DNA of 64,000 bases, from the NCBI GenBank assembly GCA_044892525.1, contig CM097885.1, positions 27,406,001 through 27,470,000 on the forward strand. The letters are read 5' to 3'. The DNA is from Schmidtea polychroa (Eukaryota). A program made the position numbers and the translations under genes. The notes beneath the pieces were generated by a model. The model was given only the letters and a program-made list of their open reading frames with translations. It searched no databases and had not been told where the DNA came from. This document shows, one piece after another, positions 12,036-21,830 of this stretch; the first letter of the stretch is position 1, and every line of letters begins with the position of its first letter.

Positions 12036-12138
12036 TTCAAAAATTTTATAAATATATGTGTATTTGTTTATATTGGATGATTTAATGAACTCGTGCTCAA
12101 TTTGTATATAAAGACTAATTTACATAAATGATTTAATA

Positions 12139-12573
12139 ATGTTAGCAAATATAAATTATCGAGGAAATTTTGATGTATCGAATATGATCCCACCAGGGAA
12201 ACCCCAGCAAATTATCGATAGAAGCGGGAAATATCCGATAATATTTTTCAAGACTGGTAAATGCAGAATCATGGGATGTAAGAAACCTTTGGATATTAAT
12301 AAATTACAATATCGAATAAATAATATTATAATCCAATCAATTACCGTTACTATGGATATAGGACATAGTATCAATCTATATAACATGTCGAAAAAATGTG
12401 ATTGTATGTTTGAACCGGAATTGTTTCCGGCACTAAGACTATTAAAATATAACCCTATATGTGTCAACGTGTTTGCTAGTGGAAAGGTTGTCATGTTGGG
12501 GTTGAGAAATTTGGAGTATTGAGAATTTGTTGACAATGTTCGAAATGAGATAATTTCATTGGTCGATTTCTAA
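12139..12573 (+). CDS. TATA-binding-protein-like gene of Polinton A (premature TGA at 12520-12522)
   Basis: Two TBP half-repeats: IIFFKTGKCRIMG and FEPELFPAL..VNVFASGKVVMLG. Reading through the TGA adds a terminal helix EFVDNVRNEIISLVDF. Confidence 0.8.
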
Positions 12574-12645
12574 TTGGTTAATTTCTAATTGGTTATTGAT
12601 TGATTTAAACAAACGGTTTTTTGTTTAGGATTCATTTATTTCACT

Positions 12646-13062
12646 ATGTACAAAATTCCGAGCGCCGCGAATCTGATGAAAGATATTGACGATTATGGTA
12701 AATTTAAAATTTTTATTTTGACATTTTTTATATTTATTATTTTAGAAAAATATTTAGAAGTCATGATCAATAGGATAAAATATTATTATCCTCAAATTGC
12801 TGAAGTAATCAAGGATCGGGAACCGGAAATCATCCCTGATTTGATTTTTTATTCAACTCAAATTAGAATCATGGAGGTATTCCATCAATTCTTATGGGAT
12901 ATCAAGACCAACAGGACCATAAAGCAAATGGAACCGGAGTATCAATGCATCATGGGATGCTCATGTTGTGCCGATCGATATCGACGATATGTCGAATGGG
13001 AGTTAGTGAAAACTCTGAGAAGGTTTCACTACTCCCGGATGGTTGATTTAGGATATCAATAA
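12646..13062 (+). CDS. Hypothetical protein (probable 48-nt intron 12698-12745)
   Basis: ATG-started ORF with a Cys cluster CIMGCSCC; in-frame AT-rich GT..AG segment; AATAAA at the stop. Confidence 0.55.
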   Translation: MYKIPSAANLMKDIDDYGKFKIFILTFFIFIILEKYLEVMINRIKYYYPQIAEVIKDREPEIIPDLIFYSTQIRIMEVFHQFLWDIKTNRTIKQMEPEYQCIMGCSCCADRYRRYVEWELVKTLRRFHYSRMVDLGYQ

Positions 13063-13409
13063 ATGTATTTTTTGTGTGTTTTTTTTTATATTTGAAATAG
13101 TAATAAATAATAATAGTAATAATAGTAATAATAATAATAATAATAATAGAAATAATAATAATAGAAATAGTAATAATAGAAATAATAATATAAATAGTAA
13201 TAATAGAAATAATAATAGAAATAGTAATAATAATAAAACATTAATAATAAAACATTTATAATAATATGTCACATTAATAGAACATAAATGCAGCATTAAT
13301 GCAAATGACATGCAAACTTAAACAAAGACATGCTATAATCTGATTGGTTGATAGGCATGAGTCAAAGGTATAAAAACCCTGTAACATTTCAATTTAATCA
13401 TTATTCACT

Positions 13410-13820
13410 ATGACCAAGAAAATTTCATGCACCGAAAAACCTAAAGAAATGGTACAACCAGTTCAAATGTTCCACAACTACAAAATGTATTTTTTAAAAG
13501 AAGAAATCAATATGAAATTGGTTGCACCAGTCAAGCTAATTCCAACTAAATTTCAATTCTTATCCGGCACGCTTTCAATGATTGATGTCAAAACTATTGA
13601 TGATGTTTTTAAACGGATAGATTCGAATCTATCATGTAATCAACATGCCTGGTTCAACAATAGATATGCAAGATTTTATGATGCTTTTGATGAAATCGCT
13701 TTCAAAGAAAATGAAAATTGGTATATAACAATTGCAATCCAGGGATATAAAGTTGATAATAATGATGTATATTCTCCTATTTGGAAAATTATGTCTGCTA
13801 GACTATCACAAATATTTTAA
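13410..13820 (+). CDS. Hypothetical Polinton protein (possibly OB-fold ssDNA-binding-like)
   Basis: 136-aa ATG ORF with upstream TATAAAA (13369) and downstream AATAAA; the fold is a guess from the beta-rich C-terminus. Confidence 0.5.
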   Translation: MTKKISCTEKPKEMVQPVQMFHNYKMYFLKEEINMKLVAPVKLIPTKFQFLSGTLSMIDVKTIDDVFKRIDSNLSCNQHAWFNNRYARFYDAFDEIAFKENENWYITIAIQGYKVDNNDVYSPIWKIMSARLSQIF

Positions 13821-13949
13821 TGTTATATTTAATAAATGTATTAGTCATATTTGTTTTTTTTCTCTTTATTAATTGCAACATAAATGCAAATGACATGCAA
13901 ATTTAACAAAGAAAATCTATAAACAAACTCAAAATATAGCTTTAAAGTG

Positions 13950-14335
13950 ATGAAAATGACTGCAGAAAAAGGTTAACATGATTAATTAATTACCGAATTA
14001 TTTATTATTTAGAATTTTTAATCAACTTTTTGTTGGAAAAGTTAGCAGAAATAGCTGGTGTGAAAATTGAGGACATATTATCTATTACAAATGCCTTAAA
14101 TATCGGATGGATAGTTGAGAGTCAAGATACAGGATTTGATGATGAGGAAGAAACTCAAGAAATTGATGAGGAAATCTATGAACCTATAGATGAACCTATA
14201 GATGAACCTATAGAGGAACCTATAGAGGAACCTAAAGATGAACCTAAAGATAATATTACGAATGATTGTATTGATCATGTCGCTGAAAATATAATGAAAT
14301 GTGGAGATGACGACTGTGAATGTGTTAATTATTAA
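13950..14335 (+). CDS. Small acidic EP(I/K)(D/E)-repeat protein, spliced
   Basis: ATG 13950/13956, GT donor near 13972, AG acceptor near 14011; acidic 12-bp repeats and a Cys-rich tail. Confidence 0.5.
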
Positions 14336-14409
14336 ATTTTAGTTAATTATTGTTTGTAAATTTATCTAAACTTTTATTTAAAAATCAAACAAAATAACTA
14401 TATTAATTT

Positions 14410-14924
14410 TTATTTAAAAAAACGGCATAAAACATACAAAATAGCAACACCTGTTGCAAGTTTTATATAATTTTTAAATTTCATTTTCTGTTGATCTATT
14501 TCCTTCGCATTTCTGGCGAGTTGATTCAGTACGCCCCATCCGCCATTAGCTTCAATCCATGGTTGAAACTTTGACTTGATTATCTAGAAAATAAATATTA
14601 ATAAAATATAGATTATAAAAGTATTACTTCTTGAGACCACTGATAATAATGTTCCGAGTCCCATAAACTTTTTTCTATTATTATCTTCATATAAGCGAAC
14701 CCTACTAGTATTCGGGTCCACTTCATCTCATCGTCACATAGGCAGTTAAAAATCCTATGAAAATAGAAATTTTTCGTTTCCAGGCACTCGGAATTGATCA
14801 TATCCTGATAATCGATATAATTTCCTTCGATTATCTTTTCGGTCCGGTCCACTAGGAAACTCAGGCTTTCCAAAATGTTCTTGTTTATAATTTCGCTTAA
14901 AAGATTTTCCATAAAATGAGACAT
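14410..14924 (-). CDS. Bcl-2 family protein (2 exons) of Polinton A
   Basis: Exon 1 has BH1-like LCDDEMKWTRILVGFAY. A phase-0 GT-AG intron spans 14584-14627. Exon 2 reads IIKSKFQPWIEANGGW (BH2) and ends in a tail anchor LATGVAILYVLCRFFK*. Confidence 0.85.
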
Positions 14925-15029
14925 TTCTACAATAATTTAAAATATGATGTTTTATTTATACTAATACCGTATGATTTTGATTGGTTGGTAGACTATAAAT
15001 GTAAAAGAAAGGTTTTGATTTGATACACC

Positions 15030-15622
15030 ATGAAAACTATATTCATATTGTTAATTATTATAACGAGTGTGTGCTCACACAATACAACAATAACAGTGGA
15101 GTCTTTTAATAAATCAATATGTGTTTGTCCGAATACAGCCAAGTTGATGGATATTTTATATATTCTCGATAAACCAAAATGGTCAAAGCATCCAGGAAAA
15201 AGAATATCTCAAAGATTGGAGAATTTAGAAAACAGCTATGAACTATCATTTGCATATATACAAAATATAAAAATATAAAAATATTTTGTCGGATAGACTC
15301 GGAGTATATAGATTAATACTAATAATAATAATAATAATCATTTGCATATATACAAAATATAAAAATTAAATTGATTGATCATATTGAAGTTTTCAATAAC
15401 TCTATTGTTGAAAATAAGAAGAATATGAAAATTATTGATAAGAAGCATGATTATTTGTTAAAAAAGATCGAATTATTATTAAGAGAAATTCAAACAATCA
15501 AAGGATCAATAGAATATCTGAAAATCAATTCAACGTTACCAATTTCAAACAATATTGCTGCGAATAATAGTTCATCAATATTTAGTTTACCTTTGTTAAT
15601 TTTAAATTATTTTATTGTTTAA
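15030..15622 (+). pseudogene. Signal-peptide, coiled-coil protein with hydrophobic C-terminus, broken by a small insertion/duplication
   Basis: MKTIFILLIIITSVCS signal. CATTTGCATATATACAAAATATAAAAA is duplicated (~15248 and ~15339) around a fragment of the recurring module; removing it fuses ORFs 15030 and 15371. Confidence 0.6.
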
Positions 15623-15742
15623 ATAAATGTATGTTTTGTTGTTGATTTGCGAATTGTTGAGCGTGAGCAGTACCCTTGTGAGCAGTACCCATAGGGGGAC
15701 AAAATATTTTGTCGGATAGACTCGGAGTATATAGATTAATAC

Positions 15743-15789
<47 letters not shown>

Positions 15790-15939
15790 TCTTTCGAAAT
15801 AATAATCACAATAACAGGATATATGGCTCATTCGAAAGGTCTTGGATTGAGCCTTAAAATGAGCTATCGATGAATAATTTTCGTTGGCGGGAACTCTGAA
15901 AAAAGTAATAATAAAATAATAATATTTTTAAAAATAATA

Positions 15940-16589
15940 ATATGACCTTGATGACTCATCGCGATGACTCATATGACCTTGGGAATGACCTTGGATGAGT
16001 CATGCAACTTTGAAAACGACCTTGATGAGTCATAGGATGACTCAGGTGACCTTGAAATGACCTCGAAAATTTTTTGACCTTGATGAGTCATAGTATGAGT
16101 CATATGTCCTTGAGAATGACCTTGGATGAGTCATATGACCTTGAGAATGGCATTGGATGAGTCGTGGTCTTTGTTTAAATGACCTTGAAAATTTTTATGA
16201 CTCATCGGGTGAGTCATATGACCTTGATGAGCCACAGGATGAGTCATACGACCTTGAGAATGACCTTGGGTGAGTCATGGTCTTTGTTTAAATGACCTTG
16301 ATAATTTCTATGACTCATCGGATGAGTCATACGACCTTGATGAGCCATAGGATGAGTCATATGACCTTGAAAATGACCTTGATGAGTCATGGTCTTTGTT
16401 CAAATGACCTTGAAATTTTTTTGTCCTCGATGAGTCATATTATGAGTCATATGACTTTGATGAGTCATAGAATGAGTCATATGTCTTTGTTTAAAATTTG
16501 ACCTTGAAAAAATTTTTTAAAAAAAATTTTTACGACGGGGGCTACTGTGCTAGCGGTGCCCTGTGCCAGCGGTGCCCAATCCATCTACT
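15940..16589. repeat. Right TIR/subterminal array of Polinton A, rich in TGAGTCA/TGACTCA and TGACCTTG
   Basis: Dozens of short interleaved repeats, then AAAATTTT, two GCGGTGCCC units and CCATCTACT. Confidence 0.85.
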
Positions 16590-16899
16590 ATCGCGGTGAC
16601 CATTCTTACTGTGGCGTACTCTCGTCCTGTAGGATTCTGAATTCTATTTACTCTCGTCCTGTGGAATTTTGAATTCAATTTTTGGCAGTTCGTCTGAATA
16701 TAATTTTTGGGTTTATTTATTGCATTGATTTTTAACGATTTTTATTTATTGTTATGGAACTTGGTAGGGCTATGCCTATAAGGAGGTAGCTCATCTTCCC
16801 CGCGAGATTATTCTAACCGAGTATACAACGTAGAGTGGTTCTAATGACGATTTGATGGGTATTATCTACCAAAGTTAGTGTTGTACGATATCCGGGACA

Positions 16900-18525
16900 C
16901 GTGGGGCTTAGACACTAAGGTTTTGGGATTTTTCTCTTTTAAATGGCTAGCTAATGGATCGGTGTAGTGTGGTTTTTTCCTTTTCCGGTTATCAGTATGA
17001 ACACTCTCTATTAGATATTGATAGTATTTTTATTTTGAATTAAACGTAGGTTATTAGGAAATTACCTACTACATTAATTGTGATGTGCTGTTGTAATTAA
17101 GTCAGAATAAAGTTAATTATTTACCTCCTTCGGCTGACTCGACCTAAGAGTGTAAACCCCAGTGATTTGTGTGATGATATTTGAGTGTAATTTAAGTTTG
17201 AATGTGTAATTTAATGCAAAATAGTATATTAATTAAAATTTACCTACTTTCCCGGCCACACTGGACTCTGTATTGTTGTGTTTGGTCTACCCTACAGCAA
17301 AAAGTGCCGTAATGTGGAACAGAATTAATTATCTTTCACTCGAGCTCATGGAACCCCGTCGCCACAGAGAGGTTTTATCCCACGAACTCCGTGGCAGAAC
17401 CATGAAGTCGATAGGACCTCTGACTACCAAATATTTTCAAATTGCATGACAGGTACTATAACTGCTATATCATTGGGGTTGTGGACCCGACAGTGATCTT
17501 AGTGAATTTACTAAATTCTTTGGACTAGCTGAGGTCGTGTGCAGAAAACGTACACTGCGCATTCGGTTACCCTAAAAGAAAACAAAACAAAACGTTGATG
17601 ATTAAAGTAAATTTCAATTATAAGTACAATCAAAATTCTCCTTACTACTAGGTTTTCACAGTTATATCAAATAGATAGCAAGATAAAAATTTCTTGTCAT
17701 AAAAGAGTGAAAAGGGACTGAAATGCGTCGGTATATATTTTTGGTGTGCAAGTTTGTGTGCATGCATTAGTGCAGTAAAACAAATTCAAAATATTTTATT
17801 CGCATGGTAATACTGATACTAATAATGGTACTAATAAATATACTCCTATAACAATAGTAATAATAGAACATACGATTTTTAATTTTTATCAATTTTGATG
17901 GTGATTTTGACGTAATAATTTTTGTTTTTATTTTCAAATTTTTGTTTTTATTTTCAAAATTTTGTTTTTGATTTATTTTTTATTGCATTTGCCTCCATGA
18001 TGGATTTGGGTATTTTCAGAACATTGAATGCTAAATTTAATTTATTTTTTATTTTTAATAGTTTTTTGTGAATTATTTTTCAAACATTTTGTATTTTAAA
18101 CTAAAACTTTTTATTTTTATAAATCTTATTGGGTCGTTTGGGGGCCTTGATGGATTTCGCCTTTTTTAAGGATTGTTCAGGATTTTTATTCAAAGTTCTG
18201 ATATAATTTTCTTTAAGTATTATTTTTATATAAATTTTCTTTTTAATTTTTCTAATCACCTTTATTTGAATTCGTTTTTGTTGTTTTATGTTTTTCGGTT
18301 ATATTTGAGTAGGTTTTTCTGCAATACATATTGTTTTTGTTTTAATTTATTATTATTTGGATGTTTATGATTTTTGTGAATTGATCTTTCTATTATCCTT
18401 GTTTACTTGATGTTTTTATATGTTTTGAATTAAGTAAACTTAATGCTGAATAGGCGTATTGTGTACCGACACATTTCATCACTATTCTAACTTGTGGGTC
18501 TAAAAATCAGCTTTAGCCCAACAAA
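16900..18525 (-). repeat. Old interspersed repeat; diverged inverted homolog at 23870-24663 + 56116-56565 + 59397-59500
   Basis: Shared blocks in inverted orientation: TGTTGGGCTA..TAGACCCA, AAATCCATCATGGAGG, CTTCATGGTTCTGCCAyGGAGTT, TCACAATyAATGTAG. Confidence 0.6.
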
Positions 18526-19111
18526 CGTTAATCAACAAATCATAATTTAATATTACGCAAAATGAAAATAATTTATTTTTTGAATATTTAAATTATTTAT
18601 GTAACATTATATGACTTACTTTTGTTTGAATTAAGTGATTACAAATTAGGTTATTTCAGTGGCGTTACTTGGTCGAATATGGAATGGGTAATTTTAAATG
18701 AGTCATCGACTCAGAATAAATATGTGATCCAAAGTAATGAAAATAAATGAAATGGTCAATGCTGAACCGAATTTTGGATAAATTCTATAAATATTCTATA
18801 AATTCCATGTCACTCAAAAACAAGTTCTAATCTACTTTGATATATTTTTGATGCTGTAACAATCTATTTCATATGTATTAATTGTCTTTAAATATTTTTA
18901 ATATAATTAAAAGTCAGTGAGTCGTTATATGTACTTGGTGACCTCATATGGTCAAATATGAAAGAACTTTTAAATAAATAATGCAAACTAGTTCTACATA
19001 AATTTGTCGAATTCAGCACCTTTATACGATGATTTATTAATTAATAATGACTACTATTTTATGCGCATTCCAATAAATTATTATTTGTCAAATGCTAATT
19101 TTTATCTTAAG

Positions 19112-19216
19112 GCGTACACTTTACCGGAGTATATGCACAAGCGGTTTGGCGGCAAACGCGTTCAATGCTACTTGGCTATGGTATCTCTTATGATGTACAT
19201 TTTTACAAAGATCTCG
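19112..19216 (+). CDS. Internal exon of a host SLC5 sodium:solute (SGLT/SMIT-like) symporter gene
   Basis: 105-nt exon bounded by TAAG| and |GT, encoding [35 protein letters not shown], the conserved PEYL.KRFGG..IFTKIS segment of SLC5A. Other exons not identified in the window. Confidence 0.85.
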
Positions 19217-19405
19217 GTTGGTTTTGTTTTTGTTTTCCTCTGTTTTCATTATGTAGGTTTTCAAATTTTGAATTCAATTTGGCCTTGAAAAGTTTGTTAT
19301 TTTAGGGACTTTTCTTAAAACGTCATTTTCTGCTTTTTGCTTTTCCATTCTTCTTTTTCTAAATTCAGCAGCACTTAACTTCTTTGACATAGTTAATGGC
19401 CTGTA

Positions 19406-19547
<142 letters not shown>

Positions 19548-21279
19548 AATTATGTATTTATTCACTGCTTTTAATTTTTTTTATTTATAATTAGTTTTTT
19601 AAAACATATTTTTTTCTGTAATTTTAAATATTTATATTTTTTATCATTTAATTAAGAAATAAATCGAAACATCCTGTATAATTATGTTATTTTATTGTAC
19701 ATTATATGTACTAGTAAAAGATTTTATGTACGAATTATTTTTTACAATAATAATTCACTAATTCTACTTTTTTTACATATTTTACTAATGTTCTTCCAAT
19801 ACTTTATGTAATAATATTTTCATAAAATGACTCTATTTCAACAAGCTATACAAAATACTTTTAACAAGCTTTAATTTGACATTTAAATACATCTACTTTG
19901 TTACGACTTATCTCAACTTAATGTGTAGCATTTTAATTTACTCATATTATATGTGATATATTATAATACTTATTATATCATTATACTTATAATATATGTT
20001 TGATGATATATGGCATATATTATATGCAATCAAAATTCATAAAATTAAATATAAACATACTACTTACTTTTAAAATTCCACGTTTATGAAATAACAAAGG
20101 AACTATTGACAGAGCGACACAAACACAAAGGGCTAAATTCATAATATCAACTAAATAAAATTAATAAAACACACAAAAATTGTTCTCCGCTAAAACAGAA
20201 AAATTGTCTTAGTCAGCGTATGCGTGGGGAAGTCCCGAATTGTGATTTCGCTGACTAAATAATGTTTCGTTTAACAAGTGTAAATACATATCATTAACAA
20301 AATCTTCAAATCGATTTACTATTAAAACAAGATTTATCTTTGAATTTTGCGCCCCTAAATTCGTGCGCCTGGAGCAAACTGATCCCCGGTAGCTAAGCCC
20401 GTTTCAAATCTACTTTGATTTGTATAAAGTAAGCCTATAGGATAAGAATATTATTTAATAGCAATTGATGAGTTTTATTTAAGTTTTAGTTATTTTATGA
20501 GGTGATTATAAATTTATTAATATATTATTATATAACAAAATAACAATTAAACAATTAAGATATACTATAAGAACTGTTTTTAATTTTCACTGATTTCCTT
20601 TCAACTGACATAGCATTTATTAAAAAACTTGACTATGAATCAGTAAGTATATCAAAAAAATCATCGATATCCTTACGGATTCATAGTCAAGTTTTTTAAT
20701 AAATACAATTAACATATAGTAAATAGGACCATCTTTTGCAATATATACTGTGACTAGGCCTATGACTTTCAGGAAATGAGTTTTGATAAAATATTAAGTA
20801 AGTGAAAAATAATTAATGTATGAGATAATGAATAATACATTTATTGAGTGACCAGAAAATATTGCAATACAAATTTAATAACATTAATTTACTGAAAGAG
20901 AATAAGTTAAGCATTTACGTAAAATATTATAAAGCAGGTGCCATTTTTTAAGACTAAAGACCGCAAAATTGGAAATAACGCATCATAGCAGGAAACATTA
21001 CAAAACGCTAATTGAAATTGATAATTCAAACTGGATGCGTTATTGAAATCATGATTAAACATCGTCAAGAAATAATACAATTGCGTCCTTGTGTTTGACT
21101 GTAATGCAAAATTGGCACAGTTTTGTCTAGAACCTATGGTGACGACCCTGTAATGACCAAGAGAAAATTATAAGGAAAAAGAAATACATACAGTTATATT
21201 ATTTTATTAGTTATTCCAATGATACGTACTGAAAAATGTGCTTTACTAAAGCCTTTAGGCACACATGTAAGCTTTTCTC

Positions 21280-21830
21280 CTAAATTAAGTTTATTATGTT
21301 GTCTTGGTCTGTGCGTATACGTGTATTTAGTATGTTTTGTAGTGTAATGCATTTGTTAGTGACAAGGCATTTGGCAAAATGGCATATGTAGTAGCCCGAT
21401 TGTTTGATTTCATTGCATCTGGGATATGTTAATTCTTGTAGAGTGATGTCAGTTTTGGTTATTATGTTTTGTAAGTTGGTCAAAATATTTAGTATTGTTG
21501 TTGCAGTGCCGTAGTGTTTCATAGTCCTGGTATGGCAGATGGGATCAATAATTGTAGCGAGGTTGCACTTTTTGTTTATGTAAAATAAGACCTAGAGATT
21601 CTTTTCAAGGTTCATTGGCCACATTAGTTCAGTCCATGAGGGGTATTTTTGGAATGGGAAAGTTGAAAAGAATGTTTGGAAATTTTTGTCAATGCATGCA
21701 AGTCCGATAAAGCTGTCTATGTATATGGTATTCTTGTTAACTGCGTGGTTCATAATATATACTGATATTTGGTGTTGGTTAAGTCAATCAGATTGTATAT
21801 CTTTTAGTGTTACTGGAATGTTTATGGGTG
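21280..21830 (-). pseudogene. Decayed Ulp1/C48-like peptidase fragment (transposon-derived?)
   Basis: LKDIQSD*LNQHQISVY, MWPMNLEKNL*VLFYI..IIDP, QSGYYICHFA follow Ulp1 motif spacing, with stops at the expected Trp positions. Confidence 0.4.

Larger units (their letters stand above)
1..16589. mobile_element. Polinton/Maverick A (right part; left end outside window), decayed
   Basis: Cluster of PRO, MCP, penton, rve integrase and packaging ATPase genes. Ends in ...GCGGTGCCCAATCCATCTACT at 16589 (reverse complement of AGTAGATGG terminus) after a repeat-rich subterminal block. Several genes carry stops or frameshifts. Confidence 0.92.

Noticed and set aside
16292..16501. MSH-repeat ORF
   Set aside because: Translation of the TGAGTCA-rich TIR array.
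18648..18690. Candidate additional SLC5 micro-exon
   Set aside because: Splice-like borders, but the translation does not match SLC5 motifs I can recognise.
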